Shown in pieces: positions 24,029 to 36,165 of a DNA stretch of 64,000 bases; positions within the stretch are counted from its first letter, which is position 1, and the number at the start of each line of letters is the position of its first letter. The notes beneath the pieces were generated by a model. It did not search any database, was not told the DNA's origin, and saw only the letters and a program-made list of their open reading frames with translations. The position numbers and the translations under genes were made by a program. Source of the DNA: Podarcis gaigeae (Eukaryota); assembly GCA_964106915.2 (NCBI GenBank), contig OZ066916.1; one strand, written 5' to 3'.

Positions 24029-25210
24029 GCCAGGGTGCTGTTTGTGAGTAGGCTTGATTGAAGGATGCACATTATATCTACAGAAAAGACAGAGGTAATG
24101 CCAAACATTGAGGACCCAATCGAGTCAGAGGTAGCAGATATGTAACCCCCCCTTCTGTACACATTACTGATGTGGATGTGCCACTAGGGTTGAGGGTACA
24201 CAGTCCCACCTGCATCATGTTGCTCACCTGGTAACTGGTTGGATGCCTTTTTTGCATATGAAGGGGAACATATATCTGTGTTTGGGGCCACCACTTGTTA
24301 GACCAGACTAGACCAGGGTATTCTACAGTCAAGTTCTTGAAGCTGTGGTGATTTTTCTCTTTTAGGGTTCAGAATACAGTCTGTCCTGGTTTTTCCCCCC
24401 ATCCCATTCTTTTCCTCCTTCAGTCTTCTCTGTGTCTCCATCCCTCCTCCCTCCTCAGGCGAGAGCTCCCCTCACATCGCAGATCCTGACAAGAACTGTA
24501 CCAATATGGGTAACAGCTCAAGTTTCACCAGAGGGAGATTTAGCCCCCCTGCAGGCAACCTTCTTTCCATCCCATCAGCCCTTAATAGTATCCTTTGTTT
24601 CTGCCCCATGGGAGGAAAATAATCCCCCCACATCTTTTCCACACCTGGGTTGGGAAACAGCAAACTTCCATCTCCAATCTGACACCTTGAAAAATGGACC
24701 AATTTGCTGACACATTTTCCCCCTGCAAGGGCTAATGCCAGAATGAATAGGCCTAAAGCCTGTGGCCTTAATTAGTTTGCAAGTTATCAAGCACAAAGCC
24801 CACCTGTTGCAGAATGTAAACAAATGTGCTTCTTCCGTGAACTGCCTGACACAGCCTTCGCCACAGCTCTTGACAATTGCCAGTCCCACACAGGATATAT
24901 GGCTGACAACCTGGAATAGTGGGATGCTACTGCAATGCAGTCTGAGGGAAAGACAGAGGCCTTGGAACCCAGACTGGGTTCAGGGAAGAATTCACTGATT
25001 TTCAGACTGTGCCCTATTTTGTAAGTGGAAGAAATTGGTCCTGCCTTAGGATTTCACTCAGTAATTTCTGGGGATGCCTTATTGAGCCGTTGGTGATTTA
25101 TAATGAAGTTAAAGCTCATATCTTCACAAGGACTATACATAACTCCTATGTCTATTAACACGCATTATCAGAGTAGTGCCAATAAGTAATAACAACAACA
25201 ATATTTATTA

Positions 25211-25345
25211 AGAAGAAGAAGAAGAGTTTGGATTTGATGTCCCGCTTTATCAATACCCTAAGGAGTCTCAAAGCGGCTAACAATCTCCTTTCCCTTCCTT
25301 CCCCACAACAAACACTCTGTGAGGTGAGTGGGGCTGAGAGACTTA
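25211..25345 (-). mobile_element. CORE-SINE (Squam2-like) 3' part
   Basis: (GAA)n then gagtttggatttgat..cccgctttatc...ccccacaacaaacactctgtgaggtgagtggggctgagagac. Confidence 0.7.
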
Positions 25346-25600
25346 ACCTTTTTCATCACTTTCCACCAAAAAAATTAAAAAAGTATCAGAGCAACTTACA
25401 AATACAATACAAAACAGCTTGACAATTATTGAAAACCAAATGCAGTGGGACAGAGCTTATCCAGCAACAGCTATAAACTGAACCAATTTTTGGGTTTTCT
25501 TTGTTTTTGTTTTCATTACAGGATGTATTTTCTGTTTTTTATATTGTGATTTTATGTCATGAACTGCCCTGAGATCTACAGGGCAGTATACATCTTTAAT

Positions 25601-25602
<2 letters not shown>

Positions 25603-25634
<32 letters not shown>
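25603..25634. repeat. (CAT)n microsatellite
   Basis: about 10 CAT units after an L2-like tail. Confidence 0.95.
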
Positions 25635-25635
<1 letters not shown>

Positions 25636-25679
25636 TCCCCAGTGAAAGAAGAGCAACGAAACAGCCCATGTTAAATTAT

Positions 25680-25950
25680 AAGATGGCTTATGCTAAAGAC
25701 TGGGCACACAGGAATGTCTCAGCATGGCATGTAAAATCTGACAATGTTGGGGCCAGGCATGTTTCCCTAGGAAGAGCATTCTGCAAATGGGGAGCCACCA
25801 CTGAAAAATCCAGTTCTTGCAGACCCATCCTCTGCATCTCCCATGGAGGAGACACATAGATGTCTCTGATACAATTGCAGGGTCCACTGTTGATTCAGGT
25901 GGAGAGAGGAGTCCTTGAGATATTGCGATCCTAAGGCACATAAAGCTTTA
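25680..25950 (-). mobile_element. degenerate L2 fragment
   Basis: ccctaggaagagcattctgcaaatggggagccaccactgaaaa, similar to 41494-41885. Confidence 0.6.
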
Positions 25951-26865
25951 TGGGCCCCTACCAGCTTGAAAGCTAAAAGTCAAAAAGAAAATTGATTATC
26001 ATGTCAAAAATGTTTCATCTGAGGGGGCTTCAATATGTGAGGGACTTGAACTGCCACAGCAGTTTTTGGTAAGAAATATATCCACAGAAGGGTGACACTT
26101 GATATTTGACACCTGAGATGTATGTTTTTAGGACCCACCCTGTTCTAAATTTAGGACCCTTCCAATTCTCAATTGTTTTAACTGATTTTAATATTGTGCT
26201 TTGCATTGCTTTGACCTACCTTGGTACTGTGTGATCAAGAGAAGGTAAGAAAACTAATAAACAAATACTAATAATTAGATACCCATGTCTGACTGGACTA
26301 CCTCCACAACCATAAAAATCATTGCATGTGGGGTGGGGAGAATGATTTCTGAAACCACTTGAAAACTCCTTTTGAGCTGATAATTTGGATGGAGCACGCC
26401 AGTCAAATGCCTTTGACCCAGGATACATAAGTCAGGTACCTTCCCACACTATGGTACTGATGCTACTCAACTGCTCACAAAGACGAGATCAAAATATGCA
26501 CACAAACTCTGGAAACTCACTGGGCTTAGAATTAGCTGTGCTTACAGGGGAAGGTTTGGGGGCCAGAAGTCCAGAGCCCCACTCAGAAGTCAGTCAGGTT
26601 GTACATCCACAGAAGTGACCAGAGGAGGAATGACCACTGAGGGGAACACAGAGAGAAAAGGCACCATGGTGCATCAACAGCAGCACAACCACACACCATC
26701 ATCTGCCCCAGCTGTAACAAAACATGTCTCTCCTGTATCCATCTCTAAAGCCACAGCAGGTGCTGTAACTCTGCAACGGTTTGACTTTCCCCCCCAAAGG
26801 TGAACTCCATTGTTTCCTGAAGACAGATGCCTACTTAGAGTACAGCCAATTTAAAATTAATATAC

Positions 26866-26998
26866 TAAGGTTACCAGATGTCCTCATTTCCTAGGGACAG
26901 CCCCCAGATTTACAAATCAGTCCCCGGACAGAATCTATCTATTTAGTAGGAAGCTGAAAAGTGTCCCCAGATTCAGTGAGAAAAATCTGGTAACCTTA
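26866..26998. mobile_element. hAT MITE nested in a short palindromic element
   Basis: perfect TIR taaggttaccagat / atctggtaacctta; 8-bp TSD taatatac/taatatgc. Confidence 0.85.
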
Positions 26999-27082
26999 TA
27001 ATATGCTTGAGTAACTTAGATGCATTAATTGCAATGAGTCTACTCTGAGAAGGTCTGAATCTATCTCTACATTTGTAATATA

Positions 27083-27313
27083 CAGTGGTACCTCAGGTTA
27101 AGAACTTAATTCGTTCTGGGGCTCCATTCTTAACCTGAAACTGTTCTTAACCTGAGGCACCACTTTAGCTAATGGGGCCTCCCGTTGCCGCCGCACGATT
27201 TCTGTTCTCATCCTGAAGCAAAGTTCTTAATCCGAGGTACTATTTCTGGGTTAGCGGAGTCTGTAACCTGAAGCATCTGTAACCTGAAGTGTCTGTAATA
27301 CGAGGTACCACTG
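27083..27313. mobile_element. Tc1/mariner-superfamily (Tigger-like) MITE
   Basis: TIR cagtggtacctc / gaggtaccactg, TA TSD. Confidence 0.92.
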
Positions 27314-27324
27314 TAGAAAGGATC

Positions 27325-27544
27325 CGGGGCCAGCTCTACCGATAGGCAGAGTGAAGCAGCTGGCCCAAGCAGTTAGATCTAGGTGTTGTGATAGGGCAGC
27401 AAATTGTGAGAAATTTTTTTTGCCTCAAGTGCCAAAATCAGTTGACCAGCCTTTGGTATTCCCTTGGGGGCAGGGACAGAGGAAGAGAGAGAGCATATTT
27501 TGGTGTCCAAACCTCAGGCCTCAAAATGTCTTCGACTGGCTCTG
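27325..27544. mobile_element. non-autonomous DNA element (MITE)
   Basis: ggggccagctctaccgataggcagagtg ... aaaatgtcttcgactggctctg imperfect TIRs; relative at about 9284-9546. Confidence 0.5.
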
Positions 27545-28058
27545 AAATGTTCTATTGGAAAGTTCCCACATTTCAGAACCTCCCTGCATATCAAATACTT
27601 ACACACCATAGATAAGTTCAGGCTAGAAGTGTTTTCACCGACATATAAGTGGTTTCGGCACTCCCTCCCTCAGCCACGTTTTCCTGTGGATGTGTTAATA
27701 TGGCTATCACTGGCTGTCATTCACTTTCTCTACCTGCGTGATGGGGATTACAAAGAAATACCTCAAGTAGTTGTTAGGTCTGCGATCCTAAATATATTAC
27801 TAGCAGGTAAGCCCCACTGAACACAGCAGGACTTACTTCCAAGTAAGCATGCCCAGGATCGCTGCTCTTCTTCATTATGAAGAACAAAATAACCTCTAGC
27901 TAATCCTTATCTTTAAGCTTTCTGGCACCAAGTCATCCCCCCCACAAAGATTCAATCATGATAGATGGGTGCAAATACAATAAAATGTAAGTTGTTGGCT
28001 GCTATAGGAATATTATTAAATCCCACACTCATGACTGTAGAAATTAGATAAAAATATC

Positions 28059-28166
28059 CAGGGGGTAACTATGTCTTGTGGCACCTTAAAGACTAATCAA
28101 TTTTATTATGGCATAAATTTTTTGGTCCCTTTAAAAAAAATGCCACGAGACTCTCTGTTGTTTTAG
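28059..28166. mobile_element. Penelope-like remnant (degenerate inverted repeat)
   Basis: tcttgtggcaccttaaagactaat...ttggtccctttaaa...tgccacgagactc. Confidence 0.6.
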
Positions 28167-29421
28167 ATAAAAATGTGGATGCCACGACTTGTTTGCTTTC
28201 TAAATGAGGCTAGCACATTTTCTACTAGGGATTCTGCTAGCATGAGACAAGTTTATTATTATTATTATTTGTCAATTATTTAAACCTGCAGAAGCCCCAG
28301 AGTGTTAATTTATTATAAATGCTGTATATAATGTTTTGAATTAGAATTACCTATGGTGAGCTTGTAAACTTTTCCGCTCACTTGTATGCTATATGTCTAG
28401 AAGAAACAATTGCAGTGACAGGCTATCCCTCATAATCCCCCTCTTCAGACTTATGCTCACAAAAGGCTCTAAATACTGAAGATGTTGTGAGGGAGGAGAA
28501 ACATCTTCCAAACAAGTAGTTTCTCCATTCCAGCCCAGGTAACAAAGAGCCCTCTGGAATTTTCCTTGGGCCTCAGCAGAGCTGGCCTCTGGGTCTTAGG
28601 GACACCTGCTGCTTAAGCCATCGGTCAATAGATTAACTACAGCTATTACTAAGTGCTTAGAAAAGCAGGCGATGTGGCAGAGCAAACAAAATCAACCTTG
28701 CGTTTTAACACATGTTAATTCAAAATTTAATAAATTGGATGGGGGAGGGGGGGGAGAATGCTGAGAACTGCAAAACAAAAACAAAAAAGGGGGGAAATCT
28801 CTCTAAACACATTTGCTTTCTGCAAGCAAAGTATCAGATGGCAGATGAAATGTCTTTATGGCAGCTGACAAAGAAAAGAATTCTCTTTCTCCTTTGCAAG
28901 AATCTTTTCTCACTTCCCCCCATCCTCTCCTTCCTCCCCCCCCCCCCGCCCCATTTTATCTGCAGTTGTTCCTTGAACACACATACTTTGGGCAATGTTG
29001 AAAATGGCATTCAATGGAAAGACTATGGGAGCAGAAAATCACTGTAAACTGCTTTCAGAGGTGATCCAATGCGAACCACAAAAGCAGGTTATTGTGAGTG
29101 CAGATAGACACCAAAGGCTTGAAATTGTTCTTATTATTTGACCAGACAAAGGGAGTTTCATCCAGTACTGTAAAAAAAAAGGAAATAAAAAGAAATAAAA
29201 ATCCCTGCTTGCCTTCTGAGTGGGAAGAATCTCTCCTCAGACTTTTCACTGATGTCATTGTGGGGGTGGCGTTTAGAAGAATATCTCTGAAGGAGTTCAT
29301 GCAAGGAGAGCTGCTTAGATGCTATAAAGCTGAATGCAGAAAAATGGAACCTTGCAATCTTGTAGGACCAGTGTAATTGGGGAAAACACGACATCCATAA
29401 ATAAATAAAAATTAATAATAA

Positions 29422-29575
29422 AATTGTAGAGTTGGAAGGGACACTAAGGATCATCTAGTCCAACCCTCTGCAATGCAAGAATCTCAACTGCAGCATCCAT
29501 GACAGATGGCCAGCCAACCTGTGCTTAAAAACCTCCAAGGAAGTCCACCATGGAGAGGCAAGTTCTACACATTCA
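29422..29575 (-). mobile_element. CR1 3' terminal fragment
   Basis: gtagagttggaagggac...tctagtccaaccc..tgcaatgca...cttaaaaacctccaagg. Confidence 0.85.
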
Positions 29576-30070
29576 CTGGGAAACACAGGTGTTATGCTTG
29601 CATTTGCTGCAGCAGACCCATAGCATGTGGCTATCCTATTGTATATACACACAGATTTGCTGTGTCTCATGGAATCCAGCAGCATCCACAGGGCTGCAGG
29701 TTTCTCATTCCAGTCATCGATACCTGGGTTTCGGTTGGAGATGGGGGAGAAATTTGATTCTGTTAACTTTAAAGGTGATGATCCTTGGGCTCCTTTCTAA
29801 CACTATGATTCTGTGATTGTGATGTGATTTTGTAGCTTCTGAAATACAGTAAAACACTGCGATCCTTCGAAATCTGCACTTTGTTGAATTTTGGAACTCC
29901 CTGCCGCAGGCCCTGTTAGCTGTTCAACAACCAGTGGATGGTGACAGTAGGCCTTCTTGGTGGTAGCCCCTGTCCTCAGAACACCTGCTTTCAGGTAATT
30001 TGTGAGGTGGAAAAGTAGTTACCTTTGACCTCTTTTCTATGAACTTTTAATAGTCTGCCTTTTAAAAATA

Positions 30071-30313
30071 CAGTGGTACCTCAGATTAAGAACTTAATTC
30101 GTTCTGGAGGTCCGGCCTTAACCTGAAACTGTTCTTAACCTGAAGCACCACTTTAGCTAATGGGGCCTCCCGCTGCCACCACACCACTGGCATGCAATTT
30201 CTGTTCTCATCCTGAGGATAAAGTTCTTAACCCAAGGTACTATTTCTGGGTTAGCGAGGTCTGTGACCTGAAGTGTCTGTAACCTGAAGCGTCTATAACC
30301 CGAGGTCCCACTG
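30071..30313. mobile_element. Tigger-like MITE
   Basis: same family as 27083-27313; TA TSD. Confidence 0.92.
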
Positions 30314-30420
30314 TAGTACCGTTAGTGGGGAAAAATAACCACAAGGTCATACGGTGATATCTGAAATGTGGCATGTAACTTGACGCAGATAGCACCAACT
30401 AAATGTGATGGTCAGAGTCA

Positions 30421-30497
30421 TGAGTAGTAGTTGTAGTTATAGTAGTAGTGGTGGTAGTAGTAGTATTAGTAGTAGTAATAATAATAATAATAATAAT
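30421..30497. repeat. (GTA)n/(TAA)n microsatellite
   Basis: compound repeat; continues as (TAA)n after the SINE at 30875. Confidence 0.9.
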
Positions 30498-30874
30498 AGG
30501 TAAAAGGTAAGGTAAAGGACTCCTGGATGGTTAAGTCCAGTCACAGGCAACTATGGGGTTCAGCGCTCATCTTGTTTTCAGGCCGAGGGAGCCAGCACTT
30601 GTCCACAGACAGCTGTCCAGGTCATGTGGCCAGCAGGACTCAACCGCTTCTGGCGCAATGGAACACCATGATGGAAACCAGAGCACACGGAAATGCCGTT
30701 CACCTTCCCGCCACAGCGGTTCCTATTTATCCACTTGCACTGACGTGCTTTTGAACTGCTAGGTTGGCAGGAAATGGGATGGAGCGATGGGAGCTCACCC
30801 CATTGTGGGGATTCGAACCGCCGACCTTCTGATCAGCCAGCCCAAGAGGCTCAGTGATTTAGAGCACAGTGCCT
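30498..30874 (-). mobile_element. Sauria SINE (older subfamily with internal extra segment)
   Basis: aggtaaaaggtaaggtaaagg tail, B box gggattcgaacc, inserted into a (TAA)n run. Confidence 0.92.
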
Positions 30875-30972
30875 AATAATAATAATACATTTCTATCCTG
30901 CCCTTCCTCCCAGGGCAGCAAACACCAATATGGTAAACTGTAAAAGATGCCCAGTGTAAACAACTCAGAAGA

Positions 30973-31075
30973 ACATAAGGCTATACAATGAGCCTGATGG
31001 TCCTGGATCAGACCAATGGCCTGTTGAGGTCAGCATCCTGCTCTCACAGTGGCCAAGCAGATGCCTGTGGAAACT
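30973..31075 (-). mobile_element. CR1 3'UTR fragment
   Basis: ggatcagaccaatggcc...cagcatcctgctctcacagtggccaagcagatgcc. Confidence 0.7.
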
Positions 31076-32651
31076 CCCAAGACAAATCTCAAGACCTACA
31101 TCTTGGACATCAGCACCTTTCTTCCTGTTTCCCTATGCAAGTTTTTTAAATAAGCGACTTGTACTGTAGGAAGCTCCAGTGGTGTGTGTGTGTTTGTGTT
31201 GGCTTTTAAAAAACAACTTTATTTGTATTTTTTTATTGTTGTTGTTAACTGCCCCGGGTGCCACGTGTAGAATGGCATGGCATAAATTGAAATAAAGGAA
31301 GGAAGTCTGTTGAGAATCATCGATGCTCCACAAAGACACTGCCAAGCAGTTTCCCTGGGCTCCCCCATGGTTTTTAACACAGTAGGGCAGCATTTAGCCT
31401 TATATAAACACAGATAAGATAAATGGTTTATTGTCGCACAGTAGGTATTGCCTGCTCTATCAGCCACCATCGTGAAGCCTGAGCTGATAGCTGCTGCAAG
31501 ATACTTTAATGTTACTGATATCTCCTCTCTTTTCTTCTCTCCTCTCCCACTCTCTTCTTTTAAAAAAAAAAGTCATTTATTTTGGGTTCACATGATGGGT
31601 CAAAGTAACCAACCTGCCTCCTATATTTCATGCCCGTTATCTGGGATCAGGAGAGGGAAGATGGGAGTTGTTAAGAAGCTGCTTTGTCCATTCCAGTATC
31701 ATTAAGCCAGAATTGTGTGTGTGTCCGTGTGTGTGTGTAATAGGAGCATTTCACCCAATATCACAAGAGAACCTGGATTTACCCTTACAGTTTTGAACAC
31801 ACACAGCCTTCCTTACAGGACTCCTATTCCTTTAAGAATTGCTTACGAAGGTGGTGTTGGATTCGAGGAGGTCCTACCCTTGCTAGGGAAAGCCTGGCTA
31901 ATATATATATTTTTAATGGCCTATTAAAATAATATTAAAGCCATATTTAGGCCATTAAATAATATATATATATTTAATGGCCTAAAGTCACAAGAGCACT
32001 GTCAGAATAAAAACAACAACAACCTGTGCACATTTGCTGAGACGGCTCTGTCCTTCGTTATTACATCCGGGGCTTAACCCTGCTAAACTAACTCAATTTT
32101 AAATTAAGCCCTCTGACTTCTCGCCTGTTTTCACCTAGAGTTCATGCAGGTCACATCCTTATCATATATTTAAAGTGCTCTCACATTACTTCAACACTTG
32201 TAGCCACCCCCTGCCCCCAAATAATCACAGCAAGTGCAATTTGTTAAGGATATTGGGAATTGTAGCAGTACGAAGGGGTCTCCTAATAAACACCCTTAAT
32301 AAACTGCAGTTCCCATAATACTTTGGGGGGAAGCTAATGGGTATTAAAAGCCCTTGAAATGACGGGTGTGGATTTGAGCTGGTATTGGGTGGCATCCCAA
32401 AATGGATGCTGTGGGTGTCTCCTGCAATCTCTGGACTGTGGGTGAGATATTCAAGAACTGTTCTATCACCCCAGGGAAATGCCCGATCTACTTGTGGCAG
32501 CTCTGCCACAGCCATTTTCTGAAGAGCAGCTTTGACGAGATAGTCACCATTTAACAGATGCAATCTGTCAAGCCCCTACACAGCAACAGAGCCCCTATGA
32601 ACCTGCCAACTCTTTGTTAGCAGCCTCTGGACTCTCTCTTCCAAATAATAC

Positions 32652-32745
32652 ATAAGAAGATAAGGAGAGCCTGCAGGGTCAGACGAATGACCCATCTAGT
32701 CCAGCATCCTGATCTCACAGTGGCCACCAAGATACCTGTGTGGGA
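32652..32745 (-). mobile_element. CR1 3'UTR fragment
   Basis: ataaggagagcctgc...cccatctagtccagcatcctgatctcacagtggcca. Confidence 0.75.
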
Positions 32746-32749
32746 AATC

Positions 32750-33475
32750 AATAATGATAATAATAATAATAATTTTATTATTTGTACCTGGCCCATCTCT
32801 GGGCAGCTTCCAGAATATATAAAAGCATAAAGGTAAAGGTAAAGGTACCCCTGCCCGTACGGGCCAGTCTTGACAGACTCTGGGGTTGTGCGCCCATCTC
32901 ACTCAAGAGGCCAGGGGCCAGCGCTGTCCGGAGACACTTCCGGGTCACGTGGCCAGCGTGACAAAGCTGCATCTGGCGAGCCAGAGCCGCACACGGAAAC
33001 GCCGTTTACCTTCCCGCTGGTAAGCGGTCCCTATTTATCTACTTGCACCCGGAGGTGCTTTCGAACTGCTAGGTTGGCAGGCGCTGGGACCGAGCAGCGG
33101 GAGCGCACCCCGCCGCAGGGATTCGAACCGCCGACCTTTCGATCGGCAAGTCCTAGGCACTGAGGCTTTAACCCACAGCGCCACCTGCGTCCCTTATAAA
33201 AGCATAGTGAAACCTTAAAAAGCTTCCCTATACAAGGCTTCTTTCAGATGTCTTTTAAAAGTCAGATAACTGTTTATTTCCTTGACATCTGATAGGAGGG
33301 TGTTCCACAGGGCGGGTGCCACTATCGAGAAGGCCCTCTGCCTGGTTCCCTGTAACCTCGCTTCTCACAGTGAGGGAACTGCCAGAAGGCCCTCGGAGCT
33401 GGACCTCAGTGTCCAGGCTGAACGATGGGGATGGAGACGTTCCTTCAGGTATACTGGGCCAAGACTGTTTAGGAC
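32750..33475 (-). mobile_element. L2 3' fragment interrupted by a Sauria SINE
   Basis: (TAA)n tail at 32750-32773; 33207-33475 is near-identical to 17850-18105. Confidence 0.9.
32830..33193 (-). mobile_element. young full-length Sauria SINE
   Basis: A box tggcgctgtgg and B box gttcgaatcc on the minus strand, CpGs retained, (ACCTTT)n tail, 12-bp TSD tataaaagcata at 32818-32829 and 33195-33206. Confidence 0.96.
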
Positions 33476-33844
33476 TGTTTATTGTGTTCAGAAGTGTTAT
33501 TGTCTCCAACTGTGGAGGCGCAGAATAGCCAGCAGATTATGCTAGAATCTGGACCTAACCTGGACCATCGTTTTAGATGGTCATCGGAAGTGATGAAGCA
33601 CACCATAAACATTTCTTCCTCACCCTCCCATGTCCTACAACAGCCTCTACATTCCTGATGTTTTTAAAAAGTAAAGCTTTCTCACCCTGGTAAACGTAGC
33701 ATGTGCAATTTTGGTTTTTTAATTCATTTTAATAATAGCACCATCCGGACAACAGGAACGTAATGGGATTTGCTGCTGCTGCCCTGTTGCTAAACACATT
33801 TACTTGGGGGGGGGACATAATTTTCTTGTGGAAAACATTAATAT

Positions 33845-34030
33845 NNNNNNNNNNNNNNNNNNNNNNNNNNNNNNNNNNNNNNNNNNNNNNNNNNNNNNNN
33901 NNNNNNNNNNNNNNNNNNNNNNNNNNNNNNNNNNNNNNNNNNNNNNNNNNNNNNNNNNNNNNNNNNNNNNNNNNNNNNNNNNNNNNNNNNNNNNNNNNNN
34001 NNNNNNNNNNNNNNNNNNNNNNNNNNNNNN
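33845..34030. other. assembly gap (N run)
   Basis: 186 N. Confidence 1.
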
Positions 34031-34183
34031 CAGCCCTGGTGAACCTGAATATGCCCATGCCAGCCCAGATGCTAATGCTAGGCCTGCGTGCCACTGCCCC
34101 CATCATCTGATACTGTATGGCTGGTCATCCTCTATCCACCCAAGTGGTTTTCCCCCCCTGGGGGTACTCATGGGTACGCAGTA

Positions 34184-34393
34184 CAGTGGTACCTCAGGTT
34201 GCATACGCTTCAGGTTACAGACTCCGCTAACCCAGAAATAGTACATCGGGTTAAGAACTTCAGGATGAGAACAGAAATCGCGCAGCAGCAGTGGGAGGCC
34301 CCATTAGCTAAAGTGGTGCTTCAGGTTAAGAACAGTTTCAGGTTAAGAACAGACCTCCAGAACGAATTAAGTTCCTAACCCGAGGTACCACTA
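34184..34393. mobile_element. Tigger-like MITE (opposite orientation), inserted in another MITE
   Basis: TIR cagtggtacctc / gaggtaccacta, TA TSD; host sequence gggtacgcagTA|ccggcac is split. Confidence 0.9.
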
Positions 34394-34431
34394 TACCGGC
34401 ACTCTCTCCCCTCCCCAAATGTTAAAAGTTT

Positions 34432-34571
34432 CATGGAATCATACAGATGGAAGGGACCTCAAGGGCCATCTAGTCCAAACCTCCTGCAGTGCTGGAGTCT
34501 TTCGTCCAACCTGGGACTCAAATCCACAACCCTGAGATTACGAGTCTCATGCTCTACCGGCTGAGCTATCC
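34432..34571 (-). mobile_element. SINE with tRNA-Lys(CTT)-derived head and CR1-derived 3' tail
   Basis: minus strand ggatagctcagccggtagagcatgagactcgtaatctcagggttgtggatttgagtcccaggttggacg, then the CR1 end ggactagatggcccttgaggtcccttcca...tatgattccatg. Confidence 0.85.
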
Positions 34572-34819
34572 TGTGAGTGTGGCACTTACTGTAACAACTT
34601 CATGGTGAGTGCTGGCACCTTTCTCTGTCTCTATCTCTGCACTTTATTTTATTATGTAAGATACTGAGAGTATTTCAACTGGATTCGTGTGTAGGTTGGT
34701 AGTTTCATGAATTTATTTTTTTACAATTGCTAGAATAGGCAGAAAAATCATCAAGTGATCGCCAAGGCCCTCATCCATTTTCAAGTGGTTCATTGGGGGA
34801 AAGGATTGGGAACTACTGG

Positions 34820-34925
34820 TCTCCACTGACTGATAGCAGCTCTCCAGGGTTTCAGACTGGGGACATTCTCAGGCCTACCTAGAAATGCCAGGAATTGAAC
34901 CCAGGACTTTCTGCATGCAAAGCTT
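34820..34925 (-). mobile_element. Squam3-like SINE
   Basis: gcagctctccagggtttcagac...atgccaggaattgaacccaggactttctgcatgcaaagc. Confidence 0.75.
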
Positions 34926-35149
34926 TGCCACATTCACCCCTAGGTATGTGGTCGTGGTATGCTACCAACCCTACCCTGAACATATTAAGGCATAAACGAG
35001 TCCTGCCGATTTCAGCAAAACTTATTTCCAAGCAAGGGTGCTTATGATCGCACACATTTCTTTGAAAAAATATTGAATGAAATCACAAACAGGACCATTA
35101 ACATTTTCATTGTTAACTTTTTCTGGAAATGAGTTTCGTTCACCAAGAC

Positions 35150-35434
35150 CATGGGTAGGCAAACTAAGGCCCGGGGGCCGGATCCGGCCCAATCACCTTC
35201 TAAATCCAGCCCGCGGACGGTCCGGGAATCAGTGTGTTTTTACAGAAGTAAAATGTGTCCTTTTATTTAAAATGCATATTATTAAAATGCAAAATAAAAA
35301 TCCTTTTTATTTAAAATGGGTTATTTGTGGGGCATAGGAATTCATTCATTTTTTTCCAAAATATAGTCTGGCCCCCCCATAAGGTCTGAGGGACAGTGGA
35401 GAGGCCCCCTACTGAAAAAGTTTGCTGACCCCTG
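35150..35434. mobile_element. hAT-Charlie non-autonomous element (OC1-like), second copy
   Basis: same termini as 21296-21621; TSD accaagac/actaaggc. Confidence 0.88.
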
Positions 35435-36084
35435 ACTAAGGCACATACGCAATCACTTTTTATATTTTGGATGCTGCTGTCATACAGCAGACTCTGCTTC
35501 CACAATTGCCCACCTTCCCATTTCTCCCTTCTCTCCAATATTTATTTAAAATGCATCATGTGGTTGCTAATCTAGGGATGCAGACCCCCTAAGATGAGCA
35601 CGCTGGCTGTTTCCACAGAAGCGTCCTCGTTTTCTGTTCTACACTTTCCCCCTAGAGGATGTGAGACGTTGTCTTGAAGCAGAAGCTGATTTGTGCGGGT
35701 GGGTTTGCTTTAAAGTGATTTTGGTTCCTGGCTTCATCTGCCTGTTATTTGGGAAAGCAAGGGCAGCGTATGATGCAGTGGTGCTCTATCGCTTGATCCA
35801 ATTTCTTGCAGGTACAATGGAGCCAACAGACACACAGCTCTGCTGCCTGAAAAGCCTCGGCCTTTCAGTTCAATGGATGAGGCAGTCTTCTGCAGACATC
35901 CCTTCTTTGCTCTTGAAGAGATGGAAGTCTCCTCCACTGAAGCAAATGGAGAAGACAGAATATGCAGGACCTCCCCATGCCCACTGGAGAATATGCAGGG
36001 CTTATCTCTTAGTACTGTAGCAATAAAACTGCTAGCACATTTGCAAAACTAAGCAGAATCCAGTATGGTTTCAAATGGGATGGG

Positions 36085-36165
36085 AGATCGCATGTTGAGA
36101 TTCCTGTAATACAGGGGATTTGGGACTAGATGAGCCTCAAGTTCCCTTCCAGGTCTATGATTCTG
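36085..36165 (+). mobile_element. CR1 3' terminal fragment
   Basis: gagattcctgtaatacagggg...ggactagatga...cccttccaggtctatgattct. Confidence 0.65.

Noticed and set aside
34503-34571. Functional tRNA-Lys gene
   Set aside because: Mutated anticodon loop and T-loop, incomplete acceptor stem, fused to a CR1 tail; it is a SINE head
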